The position numbers were made by a program, and so were the translations under genes. Shown here piece after piece: positions 8,139 to 18,834 of a stretch of DNA of 64,000 nucleotides. The stretch's first letter is position 1. Each line of letters starts with the position of its first letter. The stretch comes from Candidatus Margulisiibacteriota bacterium (GTDB taxonomy: Bacteria > Margulisbacteria > Marinamargulisbacteria > JBFWNS01): assembly GCA_050250935.1 (NCBI GenBank), contig JBFWNS010000001.1, positions 387,515 to 451,514 of the forward strand. Reading direction: 5' to 3'. A model generated the notes under the pieces. The model worked only from the letters and a program-made list of their open reading frames with translations, did not search any database and was not told the origin of the DNA.

Positions 8139-9063
8139 ATGGGATGGACTGTCGATCGCTGTTTTTGCCGGTGTCTGCGTGGTTTTAAACCTGATTTTGG
8201 TCTTGATTTTACGCAAACTCAAAGGGTTTCAAGCGATTTATGAACGGTCCCCACAAACCCATCAGGACAAAAAAAGCACCCCGTCGTTTGGGGGTATCGG
8301 GATTTTTTTAGGGATTCTTATCGGAACCGTATTGTTTAAATTGTGGGATTTGTCGGTCTTGTGGTTGATATCTGTCTTTACCGTCTTTTGCGTCATTGGT
8401 TTTACCGACGACTATTTGTCGATTCTCAAAAAAACCAACAAAGGACTCAGTGCCAAACAAAAATTTCTGCTTCAGGTCTTGGCCGCTTTTTATTTTATGG
8501 TGATTTTCCATGTCACCTTTCACCCTTTGGCGTGGTGGGAAATGGGGCTGTTTTTGTTTATGATGGTGGGCACTTCGAATGCCACCAACTTAACCGACGG
8601 CTTGGACGGTCTTTTGGCAGGCTTGTCGCTGTGCACCCTGGGTGGATTTGCACTTTATGCCCACTATCTGGGCGCCCACAGTCTTTTTGCGTTCGCGATG
8701 ATTTGTATGATTGCCGTTGGTGGTTTTTTGCTGTTTAACCTGAAACCAGCCAAGGTGTTTATGGGAGATACCGGGTCTTTGGCCCTGGGGGCTTTGTTTG
8801 CGGGATTTGCCTTCCAGCTTCGAAATCCCTGGATTTTGATTCCTTTGGGTGCCGTTTACATTCTTGAAACACTCTCCGTCATGATTCAAGTAGGCTATTT
8901 CAAACGCATGCAAAAGCGCATTTTTTTAATGACGCCCCTCCATCATCATTTTGAGCTGTTGGGTTTTTCGGAACGACGTGTGGTGCGGCTGTTTTGGGCC
9001 TTTGGGGTTTTGTTTTTATTGTTGTTTGTACTGTTATATTTGCCAAACCAACCTCTTTTTTAA
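8131..9063 (+). CDS. mraY: Phospho-N-acetylmuramoyl-pentapeptide transferase
   Basis: KKSTPSFGG, GFTDDY, NATNLTDGLDGL, FMGDTGS, PLHHHFE. Confidence 0.97.
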   Translation: MVKWDGLSIAVFAGVCVVLNLILVLILRKLKGFQAIYERSPQTHQDKKSTPSFGGIGIFLGILIGTVLFKLWDLSVLWLISVFTVFCVIGFTDDYLSILKKTNKGLSAKQKFLLQVLAAFYFMVIFHVTFHPLAWWEMGLFLFMMVGTSNATNLTDGLDGLLAGLSLCTLGGFALYAHYLGAHSLFAFAMICMIAVGGFLLFNLKPAKVFMGDTGSLALGALFAGFAFQLRNPWILIPLGAVYILETLSVMIQVGYFKRMQKRIFLMTPLHHHFELLGFSERRVVRLFWAFGVLFLLLFVLLYLPNQPLF

Positions 9064-9144
9064 TTCATTTTTGCAATTTTTTGACAAAGATATCGATATC
9101 TATTTGTAACACCATGCTATCTTTAAACAATAAGGATTCGATCG

Positions 9145-10677
9145 ATGATTTCTTCCCCAACACCAGCAGGTTCTGCACCCCCTAAAATCCCGCCATCTGT
9201 ATCTGCCTCACCTAAACCCCGCCGTCTTGGAACAACACCCTCTACTGTAGCGGCTTCTGCTGCCACCATTGCCCAATCCCCAGCATCCAATCCAAGACGT
9301 TTAACCGCGTCTTTAGGCCCAATTGCCCAACCCAGAATTCGTCGTGGGTTTACACACCAAGGCCCAGCCCTGAAAAAACATAGATACCAACATCAACCCC
9401 AAGCCCCTCTGGTCAAACAAGAATCATTAGGGCTGTACCCGCCATCTCCACCCATAACACAAAAACCATTGGGTCTATACAAACCATCGCCAGCAAAACC
9501 AGCACCATTAGGCCTGTACCCACCATCTTCGCCCATTTTAAAACCATCGGCTCCGCAAACATATCCCCATTCCGTTTTTTCAAAACACACTGATCAACAT
9601 CCTAAATTTGAACCTGTTAGACACTTAACACCCCCATGCCCACCGCCTAAACAATCTCAACCTCTAAACCCTTTATCTGCTATTTCAAGCAACCCAATAC
9701 CTCCTAAAGTTGTTCCTACAAACCCCCTTAAACCACCACTACGCGCAGATCGCATTACCTTGAAACTTTTACCTCAGACACCAGCGCCAAATCCAACACC
9801 CACCTTACCCGTGCACTACTTACCAAAAGCGTCTCATCTCGAAACTTTACCAAAAACACCCGCGTCTTCCACAGGTGTATCTGATTCTCCCTCGCAACCC
9901 TTAACACCACGAAGCTTGCCACCCGACCTTGTAACATCTGAGCCGCAACCTTCTCGGGGGGGAAGACAGGTTTCTTTTGAATCTAATGATGATTCCATAG
10001 AACCACAACTAGATCCCAAAAAGAAGGCAGTAAAATTAGTCGAGCGTTTTATAATAGCGGCTAGTTATAAACACAACTATGCGTTATCAACTGTAGCTCC
10101 CCTGCTAGAACGTTTAAAACGTCAGGATGATTGCAACAAGGCAATTCTCAGGCATTTTATATACGACTCAGCTAATCCTTCAGATCTTATGCTTGGGAGC
10201 CTTAAAGATCAACAGGCGTTATCGCATGAAGTAGAAACGGTCTTCAAAAGTTTGTTACAGATAAAAAATTTGAACAGGTCTTTAAGGTCGGCCTGGCAAG
10301 CTCTAAACAAAGGGCTAAAGGATATTGTCGAAGCCCTACAGGGCAAGTTCATAATAACAAACTTTCATCATGCGCTAGACAATCTCTACACAAATATAGG
10401 TAGGCTTTTGGAAAAGAATTACCAACTCACCCTTAAAAGTACTACTTTTATAAATATAACTTATGCTACATATCAAACAATCTTTAACCAAGTACAACGA
10501 ACATTTTTTGCTGGGGAAGCCGTAAAGCTCCCTATTCAATTTTATATGGATGCCTTCCTTACTAACGGCTCCCTTAGAAATATAAACATTAAAATCGCAG
10601 ACTATGCTAGGCAGCACCCTAAAACAAGGGCATACCAACTGCCAAGCGATTTACAAGAACGACATCATTATCAATAG
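9145..10677 (+). CDS. Hypothetical protein: Pro/Ser-rich disordered N-terminal half plus helical C-terminal domain
   Basis: 510-codon ORF with an AAGGA RBS-like element upstream; visibly more AT-rich than neighbours with frequent TTA/CTA/ATA codons; three LGLY(P/K)P repeats. Confidence 0.7.
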   Translation: MISSPTPAGSAPPKIPPSVSASPKPRRLGTTPSTVAASAATIAQSPASNPRRLTASLGPIAQPRIRRGFTHQGPALKKHRYQHQPQAPLVKQESLGLYPPSPPITQKPLGLYKPSPAKPAPLGLYPPSSPILKPSAPQTYPHSVFSKHTDQHPKFEPVRHLTPPCPPPKQSQPLNPLSAISSNPIPPKVVPTNPLKPPLRADRITLKLLPQTPAPNPTPTLPVHYLPKASHLETLPKTPASSTGVSDSPSQPLTPRSLPPDLVTSEPQPSRGGRQVSFESNDDSIEPQLDPKKKAVKLVERFIIAASYKHNYALSTVAPLLERLKRQDDCNKAILRHFIYDSANPSDLMLGSLKDQQALSHEVETVFKSLLQIKNLNRSLRSAWQALNKGLKDIVEALQGKFIITNFHHALDNLYTNIGRLLEKNYQLTLKSTTFINITYATYQTIFNQVQRTFFAGEAVKLPIQFYMDAFLTNGSLRNINIKIADYARQHPKTRAYQLPSDLQERHHYQ

Positions 10678-11216
10678 GTTTTATCCAAATAATAAAACAA
10701 CTGCCCGTCTTTGGCTTTGAGGACGATGTTGAAATCGGAGGTTCCCCGAAAGGGCTCGCATTGTTGGGCACTGACGGGAATCAAGACCCTGGTGCCGGGC
10801 TTGGCAAAGCGTTTGGATAAAAACAGGATTTTTTCCGGGGCGGCAAAGGCCTTTGCGGTGACGGCATCGGCCATAAAAGGGGGCTTGTGAGACAGTTCCA
10901 AAATGTCTTTTTGGAAGACGGTGTAGTTGGTTAAGCCCAATTCAGATGAAATCCAGGTTAAAAACCGACTCTTTTTTTGGGTGGACTCCACGGCATACAC
11001 CTGATTTTGGGGATTGCAAATGGCAATGATGATGGACGGTAGCCCAGATCCAGAGCCCATGTCCAAGACTTTTGCGGGTCTGTTGCCAATCATCTCGGCC
11101 ATAAATCGGCTGTCCTGAACATGAAAAGGCAGGCGATCGTAGGCCTTTTTGGAATAGACATTGGTGTGCTCGTTAAAGGTTTTTAAAAGGTCGATATAGG
11201 CTTCTAGGGTGGGCAT
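10671..11216 (-). CDS. rsmG: 16S rRNA m7G527 methyltransferase
   Basis: LDMGSGSGLPSI, VESTQKK, VTAKAFA; directly downstream of mnmG. Start reassigned to MPTLEAY at 11216. Confidence 0.88.
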   Translation of the reverse strand: MPTLEAYIDLLKTFNEHTNVYSKKAYDRLPFHVQDSRFMAEMIGNRPAKVLDMGSGSGLPSIIIAICNPQNQVYAVESTQKKSRFLTWISSELGLTNYTVFQKDILELSHKPPFMADAVTAKAFAAPEKILFLSKRFAKPGTRVLIPVSAQQCEPFRGTSDFNIVLKAKDGQLFYYLDKTY

Positions 11217-11220
11217 AGGA

Positions 11221-13077
11221 TCAAGCAACTTTACTGCCCAAACGGTCCAGATAGGAGACCAGCACCATAATATCGGCGGGGTTAATGCCTGCAATTTTTT
11301 TGGCATCGAAAAGGGTTTTGGGTTTGAACTGCTTAAATTTTTCCCGGCTTTCTTTTTTGAGACCCATGATGCTGTCGTAGTCGAGGGCTTCGGGAATGGG
11401 CTTGGATTCCAGCTTTTGGATTTTATCGATTTCTTGCTTTTGTTTGACCAAATAGCCTGCATATTTGACTTCCACCAAGGCTTTTTCGGCCACGCTTTTT
11501 TCTTGGGGCGTAAAGAGATTTTCGGCCATCAATGTGTCCATGGTAATTTCAGGGCGTTTGATAAAGTCGTGGATCAGAATTTTTTGTTTGAGGTTGTATT
11601 TATCGATCCAAGCCACGGGAATCGAGGTTTTTTTCCAGGTGTTTAAAAACCCATCCACTTGGGCCCATTCGTCTCTTACCAACTGAATATCGGCTGAACT
11701 TAACAAGCCCAAGTCGTGGGCACGCTCGCTTAAACGGAAGGTCGCGTTGTCTTGGCGCAAGCTCAGGCGGTATTCGGATCGGGAGGTCAGCATGCGGTAG
11801 GGTTCGTAGATGTTTTTGGTGATCAAATCATCGATCATGGTGCCAATGTAGGAATCTTCGCGTTTGAGTACAAATGGCTCCCGGTTTTGGACTTTTAGGG
11901 CCGCATTAATACCGGCGATAATGCCCTGGCCTGCGGCTTCTTCGTAGCCAGAGGTCCCGTTAATTTGACCCGCCAAAAACAGGTTGTGCACCGAACGGGT
12001 TTCCAAGGTGGGCAGCAGTTGATCGGGATACACAAAATCGTATTCCACCGCATAGCCGGGTTTTAAGACCACCACATTTTCCAATCCGGGAATGGTTTTT
12101 AAAAAGGCTTCTTGAACGTCTTCTGGCAAAGACGTATTCAGGCCTTGGGCATAAATTTCGTTGGTGTCTCGGCCTTCGGGTTCAATAAAGATTTGATGCG
12201 TGTCTTTGTCGGCAAATCGAACGACCTTGTCTTCGATGGACGGGCAATACCGTGGCCCAGTGCCTTGGATCACCTTTTGAAACATGGGTGACCGATCTAA
12301 ATTCCCCAAAATAATTTCGTGGGTGGCCACCGTGGTTCGGGTTAAATGACAGTCGATTTGAGATTTAAACCGTTCATGATAGGGCGTGCGAAACGAAAAC
12401 CGCAAAAATTCGGGGTCACCGGGCTGAACTTCCATTTTGTCGTAGTCGATGGATCGGCTGTCCAAACGGGGCGTTGTCCCGGTTTTTAACCGGCCCATGC
12501 GAAGACCGGCCATGGCCAAACTTTCGGACAAATGTTCGGCGCTAAATTCGCCCACCCGACCCGCAGAAAACGAGTTCATCCCAATGTGAATTTTGCCTTT
12601 TAAAAACGTCCCTGTTGTCACCACCACTGCCGAGGCCAAATAGGTCCGCCCCAAGTCGGTGATCACCCCTTTGACGCGGTTGTCTTCAAACAGCAAACTG
12701 CGGATCATGGCCTGGCGAACTTCCAGGTTGGGTTGGTTTTCCACCACTTTTTTCATGTAGCGGTTGTAGTCGGTTTTATCGTTTTGGGACCTCAAACATT
12801 GGACAGCAGGCCCTCGGGAGCGGTTGAGAATTTTAAGTTGGATATAGGTTTCGTCTGCAGCTTTACCCATTTCGCCACCCAGGGCATCGACTTCGCCCAC
12901 AATTTGGCCTTTGGCAGGCCCGCCAATGGAGGGGTTACAGGGCATTAACCCAATGGTTTCCAAATTAATGGTAAACACCAGGGTTTTACACCCCAGGCGC
13001 GCCGAAGCCAGGGCTGCCTCGATGCCGGCATGCCCTGCCCCAATGACAATCACATCATAGTGCTGCGAACTATCCAT
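11221..13077 (-). CDS. mnmG: tRNA uridine 5-carboxymethylaminomethyl modification enzyme
   Basis: [54 protein letters not shown]. Confidence 0.98.
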   Translation of the reverse strand: MDSSQHYDVIVIGAGHAGIEAALASARLGCKTLVFTINLETIGLMPCNPSIGGPAKGQIVGEVDALGGEMGKAADETYIQLKILNRSRGPAVQCLRSQNDKTDYNRYMKKVVENQPNLEVRQAMIRSLLFEDNRVKGVITDLGRTYLASAVVVTTGTFLKGKIHIGMNSFSAGRVGEFSAEHLSESLAMAGLRMGRLKTGTTPRLDSRSIDYDKMEVQPGDPEFLRFSFRTPYHERFKSQIDCHLTRTTVATHEIILGNLDRSPMFQKVIQGTGPRYCPSIEDKVVRFADKDTHQIFIEPEGRDTNEIYAQGLNTSLPEDVQEAFLKTIPGLENVVVLKPGYAVEYDFVYPDQLLPTLETRSVHNLFLAGQINGTSGYEEAAGQGIIAGINAALKVQNREPFVLKREDSYIGTMIDDLITKNIYEPYRMLTSRSEYRLSLRQDNATFRLSERAHDLGLLSSADIQLVRDEWAQVDGFLNTWKKTSIPVAWIDKYNLKQKILIHDFIKRPEITMDTLMAENLFTPQEKSVAEKALVEVKYAGYLVKQKQEIDKIQKLESKPIPEALDYDSIMGLKKESREKFKQFKPKTLFDAKKIAGINPADIMVLVSYLDRLGSKVA

Positions 13078-13083
13078 TGCTGA

Positions 13084-14286
13084 TTAGAAGGGGAGACCGA
13101 AGGCCTTTGTCAGATTCACTTGGGTGCCCACAGAAACGGTTTCGTTGAATGCGCCAGAGGCCACATATTCGCGCTTAACCGACACAATATAGTCGAAGGC
13201 CCCACCCGTTTTATAGTGAATGGTGCTGGACAAGGTATGGTTGCCTTGGGCTTGGAAAGGCATGCTGTAGTTGATCACCCCAACCGTATTAAACAGCGAG
13301 TGCCAACCCAAAGCACCGGTTAACAAAGGGGCTCTGTCGTCGTAGCCTTCAAATCCCAACCCTACTTTAAAAATGTCATTGACCTGAGCACCAGCCGATA
13401 TCAAAAAGCCATTGATGTCTTTTTGGGGGGCATCGGTGGGGAAAGTAAAGCTAGAGGCTTCGTAATCTTGGCCAAAATACCCAGGAACAAACCCAGCACC
13501 CAAACGTCGATACTCGGCTCTGTATTCAAAAAAGGACATCAAATCGCCCTTCATTCCAGCCGAAGCGCCTCGGCCCAAAATGGCGTTATCTTTGTCCATT
13601 AACTGTGAGCCTTCCAAATAGAAGGTCAAGAAATCGCCACCCACAGGAAAGGCCAAATCCACACCCAAAGCTGATACTTGGGGTCGGGTTACCGAATTCC
13701 CTGGCACAGGGGTCGCACTAACCCCATCGTCGGTTACATAGGTGGTTCCAATCGCCAAAGGCCAGTTCAATAGAAAAGAGTCGGACCACAGATAGCTAAG
13801 TCGGGCTGCTTTTAGGTTTTTGGCGGTGACCATGGCGTCGACACGAATCGGATCGAGTTGCAGATAGCCTTTTACCCCAGCTTTGTCGGTGGTAAATTCC
13901 CCAGATCCTCCAGCACCGCTGTCATAGTGATCCATCACCAACCCATATCCATAGGTCACATTGGTCAATCGGCCCCATTTTAGACCGGCTACATTTTCAA
14001 AATCAAACCCCACATGGCGCAAACTAAACCATTGCAGTTCGGCAGGTACCGTGGCCCCGTTTAGGGGGATGTAGGCATTCATGTCAAAACCCACTTCGAT
14101 AGGTCCCAAAGCCAGATCGGGACTAATGCCTACTTTGGCCAGGGAATTGCCTTGAACATTCACAAGTCCTGCGTTGCCCATAACCCCAGGCCCTTCGAAG
14201 TCTTCCAAGCGATAGGCGACAGGGGCTGCCATGACACTTGTGCACAATAAAAGGGTTAAAATCGAGGCTAAAAATTGTTTATTCAT
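13084..14286 (-). CDS. Hypothetical exported protein, probable outer-membrane beta-barrel
   Basis: N-terminal signal peptide, alternating amphipathic beta-strand pattern, C-terminal Phe. Confidence 0.6.
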   Translation of the reverse strand: MNKQFLASILTLLLCTSVMAAPVAYRLEDFEGPGVMGNAGLVNVQGNSLAKVGISPDLALGPIEVGFDMNAYIPLNGATVPAELQWFSLRHVGFDFENVAGLKWGRLTNVTYGYGLVMDHYDSGAGGSGEFTTDKAGVKGYLQLDPIRVDAMVTAKNLKAARLSYLWSDSFLLNWPLAIGTTYVTDDGVSATPVPGNSVTRPQVSALGVDLAFPVGGDFLTFYLEGSQLMDKDNAILGRGASAGMKGDLMSFFEYRAEYRRLGAGFVPGYFGQDYEASSFTFPTDAPQKDINGFLISAGAQVNDIFKVGLGFEGYDDRAPLLTGALGWHSLFNTVGVINYSMPFQAQGNHTLSSTIHYKTGGAFDYIVSVKREYVASGAFNETVSVGTQVNLTKAFGLPF

Positions 14287-14319
14287 AGATCGAGGGATCC
14301 TCCAGAAAAAGATGGGGAG

Positions 14320-14328
14320 AGTATACCA
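14320..14328 (-). promoter_or_regulatory. Extended -10 element (TG-n-TATACT) for the 13084-14286 gene
   Basis: Minus strand TGGTATACT, about 35 nt upstream of ATG; GGAGG RBS follows. Confidence 0.45.
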
Positions 14329-14403
14329 CGGCTAGGCTTAAATACCTATTTTGTATTCAGGCTTTTGTATTCCGGGCTTGGGCGACTTTTAGGCGATGGC
14401 TGG

Positions 14404-15741
14404 CTAGGCTTGTTTTTCTGGCAGCAATTTGTCTTGCAAAGCCTTCGACAGCTTGGTTTGAATGTAGTCCTGAACATTGGCCAGGGTGATGTGAACCGTT
14501 TTTGTGTCGCTGCCCGGTGTTTCGAACATGATGTCCAACATAATGGCCTCGGCAATGGCCCGTAGGGCTCGGGCACCAATTTGGCGCTCGACGGCAATTT
14601 TTGCGATTAACGCCAGGGCTTCTGGCGCAAAGGTTAGGGCAACGCCGTCCATATCCATCAGGGTTTGAAACTGTTTGGTGATGGCGTTTTTTGGCTCGGT
14701 TAGAATTTGAACCATGGCGGCTTCGTCCAGTTCTTGAAGCGGGGCCAAAATGGGGAGACGGCCAATCAGTTCGGGAATAATGCCAAACTTCAGCAAATCT
14801 TCGGGTTGAACGTGGTCGAAGAGTTCTTTTTTCTCGACTTTTTCCACGGTGGTATCTTGCAATTCGAACCCGATAAACCGCTGATTCAATCGGGATTCGA
14901 TGATCGGTTCGATGCCATGAAAGGCCCCACCGGTGATGAAGAGAATATTTCGGGTATCCAGGGCGATAAATTCTTGTTGGGGATGCTTTCTGCCCCCTTT
15001 AACCGGAATGTTTACCACAGTGCCTTCTAACATTTTAAGCAGGGCTTGTTGAACCCCTTCCCCCGACACATCTCGGGTGATGGAGGGATTTTCGGACCTT
15101 CGGGAAATTTTGTCGATTTCGTCGATATAGATGATGCCGCGTTCGGCTTTTTGAAGGTCGTGGTTGGCCATTTGAAGCAAGCGAAACAACATGCTTTCCA
15201 CATCTTCTCCCACGTAGCCGGCCTCTGTTAGGGTGGTGGCATCGGCAATGGTGAAGGGCACTTTTAGCAGCTTTGCCAAAGATTGGGCGAACAGGGTTTT
15301 TCCCGTTCCGGTTGCCCCTATCAACAAAATATTACTTTTTTGAAGCTCTACACCCTCGGCTGTGGGTTTCGAAAAAATACGTTTGTAGTGGTTGTAGACG
15401 GCCACAGACAAAATTTTCTTGGCCTTTTCTTGACCAATGATGTAGTCGTCCAAAAAGGCAAAAATGTCTTTGGGCTTGGGCAGGACAAAGGGCTCTTCGG
15501 GTTGAGGGGTTTCTTTGGGAGCTACCGAAAGCTGGGGGGCTTCATGATCCGTCAGGCCAACCGAGGCTTGGGTTTCGGGGGAAGCCAAAGACTCGTCTTC
15601 TTGAATGACACTGCCACAAATTCGAACACATTCGTCGCAAATGTTAACCCCAGGCCCGACCACCAAATGGGCCAAAATGGACTGGGGTTTTTTACAAAAA
15701 GAGCAAACCAGTTCTGGGTTGCCGCTGTTATCCGAGCTCAT
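14404..15741 (-). CDS. clpX: ATP-dependent Clp protease ATPase ClpX
   Basis: CSFC...CDEC zinc finger, [36 protein letters not shown]. Confidence 0.98.
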   Translation of the reverse strand: MSSDNSGNPELVCSFCKKPQSILAHLVVGPGVNICDECVRICGSVIQEDESLASPETQASVGLTDHEAPQLSVAPKETPQPEEPFVLPKPKDIFAFLDDYIIGQEKAKKILSVAVYNHYKRIFSKPTAEGVELQKSNILLIGATGTGKTLFAQSLAKLLKVPFTIADATTLTEAGYVGEDVESMLFRLLQMANHDLQKAERGIIYIDEIDKISRRSENPSITRDVSGEGVQQALLKMLEGTVVNIPVKGGRKHPQQEFIALDTRNILFITGGAFHGIEPIIESRLNQRFIGFELQDTTVEKVEKKELFDHVQPEDLLKFGIIPELIGRLPILAPLQELDEAAMVQILTEPKNAITKQFQTLMDMDGVALTFAPEALALIAKIAVERQIGARALRAIAEAIMLDIMFETPGSDTKTVHITLANVQDYIQTKLSKALQDKLLPEKQA

Positions 15742-16334
15742 TTTTTGGCCAGGTGACTGGCAGTAATCACTTCGTCAATCAGACCATATTCAACAGCTGC
15801 TTGGGCATCCATAAAGAAGTCGCGGTCTGTATCTTTGACAATTTTTTCGGGTTTTTGACCGGTGTGCTTCACCAAAACATTGTTCAAGATTTCTTTGATG
15901 CGCAAAATTTCTTTGGCTTGAATTTCGATATCGGTGGCCTGACCTTGGGCACCACCCAGGGGTTGGTGGATCATGATTCGGGCATGAGGCAGGGCGAACC
16001 GTTTTCCTTTTTCGCCAGAGGCCAATAACAAAGCCCCCATAGAGGCCGCTTGGCCCATACAAATGGTCGAAACTTTGGCCTTAATGTGCTGCATGGTGTC
16101 GTAAATGGCCATCCCAGCCGTCACCACCCCACCGGGGCTGTTGATGTACATGTAGATGTCGCGCTCTGAATCTTCAGCTTCTAAAAAGAGCAGCTGGGCA
16201 ATAATCATGTTGGCCATGTGGTCGTCGACAGCGTCCGTAAGAAACACAATCCGTTCTTTTAGAAGGCGGGAATAAATGTCGTAAGAACGCTCTCCCCGTC
16301 CGGTTTGTTCAATAACCATAGGTACTAGTGGCAT
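15738..16334 (-). CDS. clpP: ATP-dependent Clp protease proteolytic subunit
   Basis: [37 protein letters not shown]. Confidence 0.98.
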   Translation of the reverse strand: MPLVPMVIEQTGRGERSYDIYSRLLKERIVFLTDAVDDHMANMIIAQLLFLEAEDSERDIYMYINSPGGVVTAGMAIYDTMQHIKAKVSTICMGQAASMGALLLASGEKGKRFALPHARIMIHQPLGGAQGQATDIEIQAKEILRIKEILNNVLVKHTGQKPEKIVKDTDRDFFMDAQAAVEYGLIDEVITASHLAKK

Positions 16335-16377
16335 TGTGGGCTCCTCTTTATATGGATGGTGAAATTAGGGTGATCTC

Positions 16378-17664
16378 TTATACAAATTTCGCATGTTCAA
16401 CCAACACTGCCAAGGCTTTTCTGCGCTTGAGCAGGCTGCGAACATTTTCTGGATCAATGCGGTGCATGTTCTTTTTCAGATCTTCCAGGGTTTGCACCTC
16501 TGGCAATTGCCAGGTTTTGATTTCGTCTTCCAATTCAGCATCGGTCACGTCGATGGATTCGGCTTTAATCACCGCATCAATGACCAACTCGGTTCTGAGT
16601 TTTTTCTCGGCACTGGGCTTTAGCTCTTCACGAAGGGATTCGATGGGGCGTTGAACCAAGGCCAAATAGTGATCCAAAGACGAATTTGACCGGCGCAAAG
16701 ATCCATCAAAATCGCGCAAGGAAGCATCGATTTCTCGGTCGATTAACACTTCTGGTAGGGCAACGTCGATATCGGTCAAAATGGCGTCGAGAATGCCATT
16801 TCGCACGGCTTCTTCTTGCTCGTTTTTGTGGCGGGTTTCAAGGTTTTTTCGCAGATCGGCGACAAATTCATCAGCGGTTTTAAAGGCCGAGATTTTCGCG
16901 GCAAACTCGTCGGTGAGCTCGGGAAGCTTTTTGCCTCGAACTTCTTCGATATCCACTTTAAAGGCCAGGGTTTGGTTTGCGATATCAGCAATATGAAAAT
17001 CGGCGGGAATGTTGATTTCAAAGGATTTAGACTCGCCAGAAGTCAGGCCTTTTAGGGCTTCATCAAAGGGTTTGCTCATGGTGCCAAGGCCCACTTTAAG
17101 GCCGGCATTTTTTCGGGTCCAGGCATCGTAAGGCTCGCCATTGAGGGTGGCTTCCATGCTGAGTCGGATGATGTCTCCGTCTTCGATGGGCCTTTCGGCA
17201 ACATCGTATTCGGCATAGTTTTCGCGGTGTTGATCAATGGCTTGTTGAATTTGTTCCTCAGAAATGGCTTCTTCGGGTTTTTTGACCTCGATGCCCTTGT
17301 ATTTTTTAAGGGTCAGCTCTGGCAACACATCGATGTCACAAGAAAAAACAACGGGTTCGGCTTCTTTGTACTCACCAATTTTAAGATTTTTAGGGAAATC
17401 AATTACTTTTAAATCGAGGGTTTTAAGGGCAACAACATAGGCGTCGTTAACCGCATCCATTACCCCTTCTTCAATGATGCCGTAAGAACCATAATATTGT
17501 TCATAGATGTGGCGGGGGGCTTTGCCGGGTCTGAATCCAGGGATTTTGGACTGTTTAACCAATTTTCGGTAGGCTTTTTCAAGCGAGGGAACCAAGTGGT
17601 CTTGAGACACCTCGATCTCGATCGATACAACATCGCCTTTGCGGGAAGAGCTTAAGATTTTCAT
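16378..17664 (-). CDS. tig: Trigger factor
   Basis: GFRPGKAP signature; tig-clpP-clpX synteny. Confidence 0.95.
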   Translation of the reverse strand: MKILSSSRKGDVVSIEIEVSQDHLVPSLEKAYRKLVKQSKIPGFRPGKAPRHIYEQYYGSYGIIEEGVMDAVNDAYVVALKTLDLKVIDFPKNLKIGEYKEAEPVVFSCDIDVLPELTLKKYKGIEVKKPEEAISEEQIQQAIDQHRENYAEYDVAERPIEDGDIIRLSMEATLNGEPYDAWTRKNAGLKVGLGTMSKPFDEALKGLTSGESKSFEINIPADFHIADIANQTLAFKVDIEEVRGKKLPELTDEFAAKISAFKTADEFVADLRKNLETRHKNEQEEAVRNGILDAILTDIDVALPEVLIDREIDASLRDFDGSLRRSNSSLDHYLALVQRPIESLREELKPSAEKKLRTELVIDAVIKAESIDVTDAELEDEIKTWQLPEVQTLEDLKKNMHRIDPENVRSLLKRRKALAVLVEHAKFV

Positions 17665-17701
17665 GGGGGAATCCTTCGGTCCCTTTTGTAAACTATAGAT
17701 A

Positions 17702-17777
17702 TGGAGCGGGATATCAGGTTCGAACTGACGACCTTCTGCTTGGCAAGCAGACGCTCTACCAACTGAGCTAATCCCGC
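17702..17777 (-). tRNA. tRNA-Gly(GCC)
   Basis: GCGGGAT acceptor stem, TAGCTCAGTTGGTAGAGC D-arm, TCTGC-TTGCCAA-GCAGA anticodon arm, GTTCGAA T-loop, encoded CCA. Confidence 0.97.
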
Positions 17778-17913
17778 TTAAAAAAGGGTGAAGGAGACTA
17801 TATCACCCCCTCTAGAAATACTCAAGAAGCTGCCTTGCCAAGGCTGTAAATCCGCTTTAGAATGGCCCGTATTCATTTTTTTGATTCTAAAATTTCCCGG
17901 AGGTTCCAGCATC

Positions 17914-18765
17914 ATGTCTAGTTCTAGCAAGTCTCATAAACTGGTCATTGCAACGTTGGTTGCTTGCTCTGTTTCTCTTTTTATTCTTTCTGGCTGTTCC
18001 AACAAAGATACCTTGGCCAAAGTGGATGGCGACACCATCACCACCAAAGATTTGGACGCCCGCATCAAAACCTTCCCTGCCCAATACGCCAGCGCGCTTC
18101 AACAACGGGACAATAAAGTTAAAGTGCTTAACCAAATGGTCGACGAAAAAATCTTGGCCAAAGCCGCAGAAGACGAAGGCATTACCAAACAAGACGAGTA
18201 TCAAACCCAGTTGGAAAGTGCCAAACAAAACATCTTAACCAACCTGATTGTTCGCGAAAAAGTTGAAAAAAACATTCCCCAAGTCACCGAAGACGATATT
18301 CGCGACTACTTCACCAAAAACCCTGCTCAATTTGCCCCTGCAGAACAACGCCGTGTACGCCACATTCTGGTTAAAACCCCCGAAGAAGCCAATCAAATTC
18401 TAGATTCTTTGAGACGTGGTGCCGATTTTGGTGCGATTGCCCGCGAAAAATCTTTGGACCCAACCGGTAAAAACGGTGGGGATTTGGGATGGTTCAGCCG
18501 TGGTCAATTGGTTCCAGACTTTGAACGCGTTGCCTTTGACCTTCGCGAAAAAGGCCAGTTGTCTGGTGTGGTTCAAACCCAATTTGGCTTCCATGTGATT
18601 CAATTGTTGGATACCGGCATGCGCCCTGGCGTTAGCTTCGCCGAAGCCCATGACCGCATTCGAGACATGTTGGTTAATGACCGTCGCAAACAAACCTACG
18701 ACAAATTCATGACCGACTTGAAAACCAAGTACAAAGTTAAAGTTAACGCCGATTTGGTTAAATAG
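17914..18765 (+). CDS. PrsA/PpiC-type peptidyl-prolyl isomerase lipoprotein
   Basis: Lipobox LSGC, HILV, GADFGAIAREKSLD, GGDLGWF, TQFGFHVI; GGAGG RBS. Confidence 0.9.
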   Translation: MSSSSKSHKLVIATLVACSVSLFILSGCSNKDTLAKVDGDTITTKDLDARIKTFPAQYASALQQRDNKVKVLNQMVDEKILAKAAEDEGITKQDEYQTQLESAKQNILTNLIVREKVEKNIPQVTEDDIRDYFTKNPAQFAPAEQRRVRHILVKTPEEANQILDSLRRGADFGAIAREKSLDPTGKNGGDLGWFSRGQLVPDFERVAFDLREKGQLSGVVQTQFGFHVIQLLDTGMRPGVSFAEAHDRIRDMLVNDRRKQTYDKFMTDLKTKYKVKVNADLVK

Positions 18766-18792
18766 GTTCTTTTTTAACCCGATACAATCCGC

Positions 18793-18819
18793 AAAGCCGC
18801 CCTTCTTGGGCGGTTTTTG
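18793..18819 (+). terminator. Intrinsic terminator
   Basis: AAAGCCGCCC-TTCTT-GGGCGGTTTTT downstream of the PPIase gene. Confidence 0.75.
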
Positions 18820-18834
18820 TGTATAATGGCCCCC

